From positions 1 through 64,000 of the forward strand of contig KZ538393.1 of NCBI GenBank assembly GCA_000934665.2: 64,000 nt of DNA. Reading direction: 5' to 3'. Below, piece after piece: positions 10,024-21,600 of the stretch. How positions within the stretch are numbered: position 1 is the first letter of the stretch; every line of letters begins with the position of its first letter. A program made the translations under genes and the position numbers. Below the pieces are notes generated by a model. That model made no database searches and was not told the origin of the DNA. It was given only the letters and a program-made list of their open reading frames with translations. This stretch comes from Catajapyx aquilonaris. Taxonomy: Eukaryota.

Positions 10024-13000
10024 ATGGCCTGCCTTTTACCATTCCTTTTGGTGGTTCTTGTGAGCCAAGGTAAGCTTACTCTCTCTCATATTCTGCAGTT
10101 ACAGGTTCATATTATACTTAAGAAGCGAGTCACTTATTCCTAATCGTAGAAGTATCGAGAAAATGAATCGAAATAGTTTTCCAAGCAATGTCAGTCCACT
10201 GTATGGGACGAAATTGTTAACGACTGAAGACCTGCCCTATTTTGCACTTTACTTGGTGAATTGTAGCGAAAGCCAGGGAATTGTCAGCAAATTATTGCTG
10301 TGCTTGACTCGATAGCAATAAAATTCTGGGCTATGCAAAACGCAGCGCAGTTCAATACTAATCATGTACAAAATGTACTTATCCATTTACGACTGAAGAA
10401 TGTGAAGGTTTTAATACTCATACGTTTGTTTCGACATGGTGTCTCTCACTATTGGCTTGAGCTTGTTTAGATAATGATCTAAATTTATTCATTTTTTCAG
10501 CTTTGGGGTCACTTCAGGATGTTCCCCATCGTCCATCCGTCACGTGTCCAGAACAACACGGATTGTTCCCTAATCCAAATGACTGCAGCTCGTACATCCA
10601 TTGCATTGACAGCAAGGCCAAACTGAAGCTGTGTTCAGGAGGCCTTCACTTCAATCCTCACACCCGAACATGCGACTGGCCCCAACGAGCCAACTGCAAA
10701 CCCGGTGAGATAATTCATTCAAAATTGTTGTGAAGCATCTAAATATCTAAAATTGTTTAAAGCAGATTGTTATATTTGTTTGTAGCTTTTTTGTGTGAGT
10801 TGAATGGAATTTTGCAAGAAAACAGTTTTTGAATATTTGTCCTGCATTGTGTCATCATTTGATCTTGAATAATTTCCACCTTGAGTTAAAGCTAATTTTA
10901 TTAACAGTTAATAACGATGTACAAGAGTCACATAATTGTCAATTTGCTTCGAGGCCAACCTGTAGTTTCTGAATATGATTACGATGTTCAATTCAGGTCA
11001 GAGGCCACTAAGCGACACTCCGGACTACCTCCTCGGTGAACTGCGGGAAGACTTCACTTGCCCAAATAAGATTCAAGTGACACATTCCCCTGACGCTGAT
11101 GATTGCTCCAGGTTCATACGTTGCAAGGAGGGGAAGGCATACCAAGAAGAGTGCTCCCCGGGACTTCGCTTTAATCAGAGGAGCGAGACCTGTGATTACG
11201 CAGAGGAGGTTTGTGATGCAATGCAATCCATCACTCATTATTATCAGTGATAAATTTGTCAATGTAATTCACTCCGACTTGACGGAATTCACAATCTCTT
11301 ATCACTTAGGAAGTGTTTGCTTAGGAAGTGTTACATGAGGAGGTGATGTCAATCTATACAGTTTTTTTTTGGCATTTAGGTGGAGTGTGCAGGAGACGCT
11401 AAAATAAGCTGCTCAACTGATGACGGGATGTTTCCGTATGAGAATGACTGCACTCGATATATCCATTGCACTCAGGGGATACCCACTGTTGCCGAATGTC
11501 CGTCTGGTCTTCACTTCAATCCCACGGCTATGGTACAAAAAATTTTAAAGTCTTGGCAATAATTAGGGAAATTGAAATGGACTGAATTTATTAAATCGCA
11601 TTTCATTTCAGATGTGCGACTACTCACATCGGGCAGGTTGCCTCTCAGGATCTCCAGCTGGTGACTTAACAGTCATGCTTCAGCAGCAAATATCTGAAGA
11701 GCCAGTTCCTGGAGTGAACTGCAGTTGCACATGCTGCGCTTTGCCTGTGGCCTCAAATTGCTCCGCATATTACATGTGCTTGGTAAGTCATTTGGCTATT
11801 AAATTTTTTCTCCCTAAATTGTAATATTTACATAGAGAATTTTATGGCGACCTGTTAATCCCTCCTTCAGTTTTATTCATTTGCCACAATGCAATGTTAT
11901 CAATGAGCAATACCTTGACGTAGGGCAGGAGAGAGTCGCTTGACCAACTGAAATATTACGTAACGAGGGGGATCCAAAGTACAGTTGGTACATTATCTTC
12001 TACTACACATGAAAAAGGAATTTATTATGTAGCAATCTTTTGCCACCAACAGTAGCAGTTGAATAGACTTTGTCGTAATATATTTAAATTTGACAGTAGC
12101 CGTAGATTTATATTCAGATATTTCCTGGCACACTAGTTCACCTTGTTTCGTAAGAAAGATCTTATCATTGTACATTCAAAGTTGGGTTTCAAATTCCTGC
12201 AATTTCTTTAATGCTCATTTTAATTCTTGTACCAGGCTGGTAAACCATACTTGCGCTGGTGCTCTCCTGGACTGGTGTTTAACCCCAGTGTGCGCAACTG
12301 TGACTATGCTGCCAACTACAAGTGCCCTAGTCCAACAGAGGAGCCAGTAGGTCCAACAACTTGGCCGGCAAGCACTGTGTCCACTCAACCTCCAACTGCC
12401 GCACCCACAATGCCTTCATGGAAGTGCGAGGATCAAGAAGGCTTGTACCCATACCCAGGAGACTGCAGCAAGTTCATCGAGTGTGCAAATGGAATTCCAT
12501 ATGTCATGAACTGCCCTGCAAACTTGGACTTCAATCCATCCACACTGGTACGGAAAATTGTGATATAAAGGTTGGCATTGCATTTCTAATGTCTCTGCAT
12601 GCACTTTTGCAGGAATGCGATTATCCTGAAGAGGCTGGATGTCGAGGACCAGTCACTACTGCAGGACCAACCGATCCACCAGTGACCTATCCATCTCACG
12701 TCTGCAAGCATCCCAATGAGTTCCTTCCCTACCCAGGAGACTGTCACAAATTCATCCATTGTGCAAACTACATTCCTTATGTCTTTGACTGTCCAGCTGA
12801 TCTGGAATTCAGCATGACCACAAAGAGGTGTGAATGGCCTGAGGATTCTGGGTGCTCAGGACCAAACCCAACTGGAAGCCCAACTGAAGGACCAACCTCT
12901 GCACCTGTCACCTACCCCTCCGATGTTTGCGACAAGCCGAATGAGTTCCTTCCATATCCAGGCGACTGTCATAAATTTATTCATTGCGCCAATTACATTC

Positions 13001-16000
13001 CATATGTATTTGACTGCCCTGCCAACCTGGAATTCAGCATGAAAACACTTCGTTGTGAATGGCCACAGGATGCTGGGTGCTCTGGACCATACCCAACCGG
13101 AACACCAACTGATACTCCAACAGAAGGGCCAACATCAGAGCCTGTGACATACCCATCTCATGTGTGCAAGAAGCGCAATGAGTTCCTCCCATACCCAGGA
13201 GACTGCCACAAATTCATCCACTGCTCAAATTACATTCCGTATGTGTTTGACTGCCCTGCCAACCTCGAATTCAGTATGAAGACCCACAGGTGCGAATGGC
13301 CAGAAGATGCTGGGTGCTCTGGACCATATCCCACTGATAAGCCCACTGAGCCACCAACAGACCCACCCGTGACTTATCCTTCCCACACCTGCAAGAAGCC
13401 CAACGAGTTCCTGCCTTATCCAGGGGATTGCCACAAATTCATCCATTGTGCAAATTACATCCCTTACGTATTCACATGCCCTGCCAACCTGGAATTCAGC
13501 ATGAAGACACACCGATGTGAGTGGCCTGAGGATGCTGGATGCTCTATTACAACATTGAAGCCCACAGCACGACCCACCGATACACCAACAGAGGCACCGA
13601 CGTCTGAGCCAGTGACCTATCCTTCTCATGTCTGCGACAAGCCAAACGAATTCCTTCCATACCCAGGGGACTGTCACAAGTTCATTCATTGCTCCAATTA
13701 TATCCCATATGTCTTTGACTGTCCTGCCAACCTGGAATTCAGCATGAAGACTCACCGATGTGAATGGCCAGAAGATGCTGGGTGCTCAGGGACCACTGTG
13801 AAGCCCACAGCTGAACCAACAGAGCATCCAACCGAACACCCAACAGAACAGCCTGGGTCAACACTGCCTCCCCACATTTGCAAGAAGCCCAATGAATTCC
13901 TGCCTTATCCTGGAGACTGCCACAAGTTCATCCATTGTTCAAACTACATCCCCTATGTGTTTGACTGCCCAGCCAACTTGGAATTCAGCATGAAGACCAA
14001 GGTAAACCAATTAGTACATTGGATGATGTTGAATTCTAGGCGTTGATGAGCTTAATTAACCAAAATCTTATCACTTTTTTCAGAGATGTGAATATCCAGA
14101 AGATGCTGGATGCTCTGGACCGTACCCGACGGAGAAGCCCACAGAAGCACCCACCGCACCACCTGTCACTCACCCTTCACACGAGTGCAAGAAGCCAAAT
14201 GAGTTTCTGCCATACCCAGGGGACTGCCACAAGTTCATCCATTGTGCCAACTACATCCCTTACGTATTCACATGCCCTGCCAACCTGGAATTCAGCATGA
14301 AGACTCATCGTTGCGAGTGGCCTGAAGATGCTGGATGCTCCATTACGACATTGAAGCCAACAGCGAACCCAACTGACACACCAACAGAGGCTCCAACATC
14401 TGCCCCAGTGACATACCCATCTCACATTTGTGACAAGCCCAACGAATTCCTTCCCTACCCAGGAGACTGCCACAAATTCATCCATTGTGCCAACTACATC
14501 CCGTATGTGTTTGACTGCCCTGCCAACCTCGAATTCAGCATGAAGACCCATCGCTGTGAATGGCCAGAAGATGCTGGATGCTCTATTACCACAACAGTGC
14601 AGCCCACGGCACATCCAACAGACACTCCAACTGAGCACCCAACCAAACAGCCTGCGTCAACACTGCCTCCTCACATTTGCAAGAAGCCAGATGAATTCCT
14701 TCCTTATCCAGGAGACTGCCACAAGTTCATACATTGCTCAAACTACATTCCTTATGTGTTTGATTGTCCAGCCAACCTGGAATTCAGCATGAAGACCAAG
14801 GTTGGAAAGACTGATATAATGATGTTTGGTCATGTGAATTACACTTTTCAACATTTTTCTTCTTTCTCATTACAGCGATGTGAGTATCCGGAAGATGCTG
14901 GATGCTCTGGACCATACCCAACGGAGAAGCCCACAGAAGCACCCACCAATCCACCTCTCACTCCCCCTGCACACGTGTGCAAGAAGCCCAACGAGTTCCT
15001 GCCTTATCCAGGGGATTGCCACAAATTCATCCATTGTGCAAATTACATCCCTTATGTATTCACATGCCCTGCCCACCTGGAATTCAGCATGAAGACACAC
15101 CGATGTGAGTGGCCTGAGGATGCTGGATGCTCGCATCCTTGTCCTACTGAAGAACCGACTGACACTCCAACAGAGGTCCCTACTGACACTCCAACAGAAG
15201 CACCAACGTCTGAGCCACTGACCCCTCCTGCTTACATCTGTGACAAGCCTAACGAATTCCTTCCATATCCTGGAGATTGCCACAAATTCATCCATTGCTC
15301 CAATTACATCCCTTATGTGTTTGACTGCCCTGCCAACCTGGAATTCAGCATGAAGACTCACCGATGTGAATGGCCTGAGGATGCCGGATGTTCCAGTACA
15401 ACTCCAAATCCCACGCATGAACCAACAGTGGGACCGACAGGAGGGCCTGTGACATTTGCTCCCCACACTTGCAGGAAGCCCAATGAATTCCTGCCTTATC
15501 CAGGAGATTGCCACAAATTCATCCACTGCTCGAATTATTTCCCTTATGTCTTTGACTGCCCGGCAAATCTGGAATTCAGCATGAAGACCCATCGTTGTGA
15601 ATGGCCTGAGGATGCTGGATGCTCCATTACAACATTGAAGCCAACTGCACGACCCACAGAACGCCCAACGGAAGGTCCAACAGAACAGCCAACATCAACA
15701 CTGCTTCCCCACATTTGCAAGAAGCCCAATGAGTTCCTCCCATACCCTGGAAACTGCCACAAGTTCATCCATTGCTCAAACTACATCCCGTATGTGTTTG
15801 ATTGTCCAGCCAACTTGGAATTCAGCATGAAGACCCACAGGTGCGAATGGCCAGAAGATGCTGGATGCTCTATTACTACTTTGAGCCCAACTGCAAGACC
15901 TACGGAACACCCAACTGAACACCCAACAGAAGGTCCCACAGGACAACCTGCTTCGACCCTGCCTCCTCATATTTGCAAGAAGCCCAATGAATTCCTGCCT

Positions 16001-18916
16001 TATCCTGGAGACTGTCACAAGTTCATCCATTGTTCAAACTACATCCCCTATGTGTTTGACTGCCCAGCCAACTTGGAATTCAGCATGAAGACCAAGGTAG
16101 ATCAATTAGTATATTGGATGAAGTCAAATTCTGTGCATCTATGAGCTTAATTAACCAAAATCATATCACTTTTTTCAGAGATGTGAATATCCAGAAGATG
16201 CTGGATGTTCTGGGCCCTACCCAACGGAGAAGCCCACAGAAGCACCCACCGCACCACCTGTCACTCACCCTTCACACGAGTGCAAGAAGCCAAATGAGTT
16301 CCTCCCGTACCCAGGGGATTGCCACAAATTCATCCATTGCTCAAACTACATCCCGTATGTGTTTGACTGCCCAGCCAACCTCGAATTCAGCATGAAAACT
16401 CACAGATGTGAATGGCCAGAAGATGCTGGATGCTCTATTACCACACTGAAGCCAACAGCAAGACCAACAGAGCACCCCACTGAACACCCAACGGAAGGTC
16501 CAACTGAACAGCCTGGGTCAACACTGCCTCCCCACATTTGCAAGAAGCCCAATGAGTTCCTGCCTTATCCTGGAGACTGCCACAGGTTCATCCATTGTTC
16601 AAACTACATCCCCTATGTGTTTGACTGCCCAGCCAACTTGGAATTCAGCATGAAGACCAAGGTAGACCACTTAGTACATTGGATGATGTTGAATTCTAGG
16701 CGTTGATTAGCTTCATTAACCAAAATCTTATCACTTTTTCCAGAGATGTGAATATCCAGAAGATGCTGGATGCTCTGGACCGTACCCAACGGAGAAGCCC
16801 ACAGAAGCACCCACCGCACCACCTGTCACTCACCCTTCACACGAGTGCAAGAAGCCAAATGAGTTCCTGCCGTATCCTGGAGACTGCCACAAGTTCATCC
16901 ATTGTGCCAACTACATCCCGTACGTATTCACATGCCCTGCCAACCTGGAATTCAGCATGAAGACTCATAGTTGCGAGTGGCCTGAAGATGCTGGATGCTC
17001 CATTACGACATTGAAGCCAACAGCGAACCCAACTGACGCACCAACAGAGGCTCCAACATCTGCCCCAGTGACATACCCATCTCACATTTGTGACAAGCCC
17101 AACGAATTCCTTCCCTACCCAGGAGACTGCCACAAATTCATCCATTGTGCCAACTATATCCCATATGTGTTTGACTGCCCTGCCAACCTCGAATTCAGCA
17201 TGAAGACTCACCGATGTGAATGGCCAGAAGATGCTGGATGCTCTATTACTACTCTGAAACCTACTGAACACCCAACGGAACACCCAACGGAAGGCCCCAC
17301 AAAGCAGCCAGCTTCGACACTGCCTCCCCACATTTGCAAGAAGCCCAATGAGTTCCTCCCATACCCTGGAGACTGCCACAGGTTCATCCATTGCTCAAAC
17401 TATATCCCCTATGTGTTTGACTGTCCTGCCAACCTCGAATTCAGCATGAAGACCCACAGGTGCGAATGGCCAGAAGATGCTGGCTGCTCTGGGCCATACC
17501 CAACAGATAAGCCCACTGAGCCACCGACTGCGCCACCAGTGACCTATCCTTCACACATTTGCAAGAAGCCCAATGAGTTCCTTCCCTACCCAGGGGATTG
17601 CCACAGATTCATCCATTGTGCTAATTACATCCCGTATGTATTCACATGCCCAGCCGACCTGGAATTCAGCATGAGGACTCATCGTTGCGAGTGGCCTGAG
17701 GATGCTGGATGCTCCCATCCATATCCTACTGGAACACCAACTGACACACCAACAGAGGGACCAACGTCTGCGCCAGTCACCTATCCCTCTCATGTCTGTG
17801 ACAAGCCAAACGAATTCCTTCCCTACCCAGGGGACTGTCACAAGTTCATCCATTGCGCCAACTACATCCCGTATGTGTTTGACTGCCCTGCCAACCTGGA
17901 ATTCAGCATGAGGACTCATCGTTGCGAATGGCCAGAAGATGCCGGATGCTCCCATCCATATCCAACTGGACCAACCAATCCCCCCGTGACCCACCCGGAT
18001 GAGCCCACCACGACCTCGGCTCCTATAGTGACCTTACCACCTGGCACCTGCCCCATGTCCAACGGCCTGATGCCATACCCAGGCGACTGTCACAAATTTA
18101 TCCACTGCGCCAACGGGATCGCTTACGTCAAGAAATGCCCTGCCAACCTGGAGTTCAACCCGAACCTGCAGGTATGCGACTGGCCCTACAGGGCCGGATG
18201 CAGCAGCCAGCCAGGGTTCAAGTGCCCCAAGCCAAACGGACTCTTCCCTGATCCGAACGACTGCGCCAACTTCTACACATGCAAGGGAGGCCAGGGATTC
18301 CTGCTCAAGTGTCCAGAAGGCCACGCTTTCGATGCGAAGAGGCAAACTTGCGTCAAGAGTGACTCCTGCCGTAAGTGTTCATAGCCGCATTGAATTTATG
18401 CTTGCTAAATTCTGGCCGGGGTTGTACGAATACGTGAATCTTTTACAGACAACCCATTGTGCCCGATGCCCAACGGTCTGTTCCCGGCGAAGGATGACTG
18501 CCACAATTACGTCAATTGCACCGAAGGAAAGCCAATCACTCAGACTTGTCCAAAAGGACTTGTGTTTAACCCAGAGGAAGCAACATGCGACTATGACAAT
18601 GGAAGTTGCGAGCCAAGTGAGTTAATGCGTTTTTATGGTTGGTTGAACCTCGTTTAAATGTGTTTATTTTCCAGACCCAACCGCACCTCCTCCAACTCGC
18701 CCACCAGATCCACCTTCCCCATTCGTGTGCCCTTCGGATGACTGCCAGTGCCGCTTCATCGACCCGGATGATTGCAATGGTTACTACGAGTGCCACTTTG
18801 GAGTTGCGTACCACAAGAACTGCTCCCCAGGACTTGTCTTCAACGATGACAAGAAGACATGTGATTTCCCTTCCAACGTGCCTCGCTGCTGGTCTAGCAC
18901 TCCTGCTCCGGCCTAA
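10024..18916 (+). CDS. Giant secreted peritrophin/mucin-like chitin-binding protein, ~2314 aa, 30 CBM14 (peritrophin-A/ChtBD2) domains with Thr/Pro-rich linkers; exons 10024-10069, 10501-10704, 10997-11208, 11380-11532, 11612-11782, 12236-12547, 12613-14001, 14084-14800, 14876-16096, 16179-16661, 16744-18370, 18449-18616, 18675-18916
   Basis: Signal-peptide exon MACLLPFLLVVLVSQ. Repeated six-Cys motif (e.g. CKKPNEFLPYPGDCHKFIHCANYIPYVFDCPANLEFSMKTHRCEWPEDAGC). All 12 introns GT-AG with continuous frame (6945 nt); TAA 18914-18916; AATAAA 19052-19057. Repeat number could be affected by assembly. Confidence 0.92.
12700..17960 (+). repeat. Coding tandem array of 21 near-identical CBM14+linker units (roughly 210-260 bp period) with higher-order duplications that include introns
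   Basis: EFLPYPG core counted 6+3+5+2+5 times in exons 7-11. Block ~13850-14590 is near-identical to ~16510-17250 (offset 2660). Confidence 0.95.
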
Positions 18917-19231
18917 TAATTTTGCAAATTCCCAGTAACTAGTCATGAAGTGATATTCAACTGTAAAAAAATTTATTTATGATATACAAAGTCTGGGGAT
19001 CAAATCACAGTTGCATTTGTCAGGGGGACACCGGAAGCACATGTAACAAACAATAAAATAGGTCCATTCGGAATGTATCACATCGTTAATCTCACGAGGA
19101 TCTCTCATGATACTCGGCACACTTTCCTGGGTTGACCCTTGTATGAACCTCTCAGTTTATTTTCACGCCACACTAACGGTTGTCATGGTTGGGATAGATT
19201 CAATCCCACATGTTCGTTAAAAACTTCAAGC

Positions 19232-20986
19232 TCAGGATCCGTCCCAGCACAGGATGAACTTGTGGATCATGTGACTCAGTTGCCTGGGAGCCTCCAGCAT
19301 CACCATGTGACCTGCCCGAGGTATCACTTCCAAGAAGGCCTTTGGTAGAGTCTGGAAGTGCACAAGAGCGTTAATTACATTGCAAATTGAAGCATTACAA
19401 GCGCTTACCTTTTCCATCTCGCATTCCTCAACAAGAGTGACGAATGGGTCTTTCATCCCGTAGACCAGCAGAGTTGGAGAGGAGATTCTCCGATGGAAAG
19501 CTGCGTCTCCCTCAGGCCAGTCCTGCCCTTTGATCATGTTACGGAGGACGTACGGTGGGACGTCAAACGACTCCTGGAACTTAAGTTGCTTTCCCCTCGG
19601 AGAGTAAAATGCTTCTCGTCTGAATCCGCATGCCAGAAAAGGTTTCACGCATCCCAGCATCCACACGGGAAGACTCATAAATGCTGAGCGTGGAGGTGCT
19701 AACGGTGCAGGACCTCCGCTTGAGACCATCACTAACGAGGACACTGACTGTGGCCTGCGACGTGCCAGTGCAGCAGCAAAGCTAGATCCATACGAGTGGC
19801 CTACCACCACACACTTGCGTCCTTCAGGGACATACCGGTCCACTACTGCCTCTAAATCAGACAAGAGTCGTGAAAACTTGTACGCTTTGGCAGACCCAGG
19901 CGCAGAACTGAAGCCGTGACCCAGTATGTCCGGCGCGACTACCTCGTACCCTACACTTGCAAAGTAAAGCAACTGCGAGTGCCACGCATCGGCAGAGCTT
20001 CCAACACCATGCAAGAATATGAGAATGGGCTTTGGCTTCAGACGTGATGAATCCGAGGTCATTGATGATGGTTCGCATGTTTGGCTTGAGACGCCCCCTG
20101 GGTATTGGGTTGGATCTGGAACACTCGCTGGTTTTTCCGAGTGATCCTCCACCACAATAGTTACTGGGTTTGGCGTTTGATCCGCTTCCAACGTGGCTTC
20201 TGAAGGGCTTGGCTCCTTGACCTCATACAGCGGCTCCATAGTTTCACTGGGAGCTGTAGCATCAAGCTGATCCTGATTGGAAAGACATACTGTTAACACT
20301 GCATCGGGGCTAATTGGTGCGAAACTTACCAACGATTCGCAGGTACATTTTTCCGCTTCGTCCTCTGCATACCCGTAGTTTGTGTACCCGTCCAGCGTGG
20401 CTAGCCCACTGTCATGGCTCTCTTCACTGGCTATTTTCTCGGACGATCGTTCATGAATAATTCGAGTTCCTTCCACCATGCTCTCTTCTATAACCTTCAG
20501 CACCAGGCCGGTCACAAACAGCTCGAAATCTTCACTAGCCGGCGTTTTAGGCAGGGTCTCGCATATCTCCTCCTCAACCAGCGTGTCCCGTTCGCCCTCT
20601 TCCTGCCCGTCTTTCACAGGAAGGCGAGGCCGCGCCCAGTTTCGGAACCAGTACTCTTCAGACGAGTCCTCCGAATGTATCGACACTTCCTCCATCGACT
20701 TCCTGCCATCCTTGCTAACGAAGGAAGTCTCGTAGCCCTGTTGGGAAGGGTCGAGGTGGACGATCCGAAGCCTCCGACCGGGTCCCACATCCATGAACTC
20801 GCAAATGTCCATTGAAAACTCAGACGGCCGGACCTTGTTCTGCCCCAGCAGCCATGGGAAGCAGCACCACAGTGAAGAATGCCGGGACACATTGTTGGCT
20901 ACGATTCTATGAGTCGATGGCGCTGCAGTCGGAGAAACCGGGGCTGTGGGTGGGGTAGCCGGTTTTGCTGCAGGCGTCACGCTCAT
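19232..20986 (-). CDS. ABHD8: Alpha/beta-hydrolase domain protein, ABHD8-like, ~565 aa; coding exons 20986-19409 and 19351-19232
   Basis: FLHGVG oxyanion motif, nucleophile GHSYG, KDPFV acid, GHMVMLE histidine. N-terminal WCC...NKVRP and FMDVGPGRRLRIVH resemble ABHD8. ACC-ATG at 20986; 57-nt GT-AG intron 19352-19408; probable 5'UTR intron 21029-21148. Confidence 0.88.
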   Translation of the reverse strand: MSVTPAAKPATPPTAPVSPTAAPSTHRIVANNVSRHSSLWCCFPWLLGQNKVRPSEFSMDICEFMDVGPGRRLRIVHLDPSQQGYETSFVSKDGRKSMEEVSIHSEDSSEEYWFRNWARPRLPVKDGQEEGERDTLVEEEICETLPKTPASEDFELFVTGLVLKVIEESMVEGTRIIHERSSEKIASEESHDSGLATLDGYTNYGYAEDEAEKCTCESLVSFAPISPDAVLTVCLSNQDQLDATAPSETMEPLYEVKEPSPSEATLEADQTPNPVTIVVEDHSEKPASVPDPTQYPGGVSSQTCEPSSMTSDSSRLKPKPILIFLHGVGSSADAWHSQLLYFASVGYEVVAPDILGHGFSSAPGSAKAYKFSRLLSDLEAVVDRYVPEGRKCVVVGHSYGSSFAAALARRRPQSVSSLVMVSSGGPAPLAPPRSAFMSLPVWMLGCVKPFLACGFRREAFYSPRGKQLKFQESFDVPPYVLRNMIKGQDWPEGDAAFHRRISSPTLLVYGMKDPFVTLVEECEMEKVSACNASICNVINALVHFQTLPKAFLEVIPRAGHMVMLEAPRQLSHMIHKFILCWDGS

Positions 20987-21149
20987 GGTAAGCCCAAAAC
21001 CATCTTCGTTTGTCAGCTTCAGATCCTCCTTGAAAAATAACACAACATTAAAATTAGCATGCGACTTGCTGTTGTTCCACAAGTGGTCAGGCAACATCCT
21101 AGTGATCATCAGGCCCCCTGTTCGACCCCCTGGTTCTTTCCAACTTACC

Positions 21150-21600
21150 CTAGGTTCATCTGCGGTCCTCCGTGGTTCTTAGCCTGATGAGGAGGCGGCC
21201 AATTATTCTAATTAATCTACGCTTAGAACACTAAACGTCTAATCGCGTCGAAAACAAGAAGAACAGACGCCATCTTTTTCTTGCTCATCAGGCGGAAAAT
21301 GTTGTCAGGTCAAATGAGGCCCCAATATTTATTAATTATAATAACAATAAATGAATCATATCCAAACTTTAATTGTATTTTAAAAATATAATTATAATAA
21401 AAATTGAGGGTAATTTAAACAATTAGGGTATTACGAATAATGTTGTGTGCATGAAGGCAGATGGCGATAGTGTTCCAGTCGCCATCTTTTAATACAGCGT
21501 CATTGGACGGAGGAAATTTCCAGATTGTTTGCGTGCTGATTTTGAGAGCGAATTTTTTTTTGCGATTCTTTTCCACGTAGGTGTGCGTTTGTATGGTTTG
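21150..21600. promoter_or_regulatory. Divergent promoter region of ABHD8 and mRpL34
   Basis: Genes are head-to-head, ~930 bp between start codons. AT-rich core 21325-21440 flanked by CGCCATCTT (21268-21276, 21480-21488) and AGATGGCG (21459-21466), YY1- or CTCF-like motifs. Confidence 0.6.

Noticed and set aside
12700..17960. Regularly spaced direct repeats resembling a CRISPR-like array
   Set aside because: The repeats are codon-structured CBM14 coding units with synonymous variation in a spliced eukaryotic gene; the 'spacers' are Thr/Pro linkers.
13225..18345. Multiple 100-240 aa antisense ORFs over the peritrophin
   Set aside because: Shadow frames of the repetitive sense ORF; no independent gene signals.
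20987..21109. ORF-track N-terminal extension of ABHD8
   Set aside because: Runs through a probable intron (21029-21148) with clear donor and acceptor; ATG 20986 has good context.
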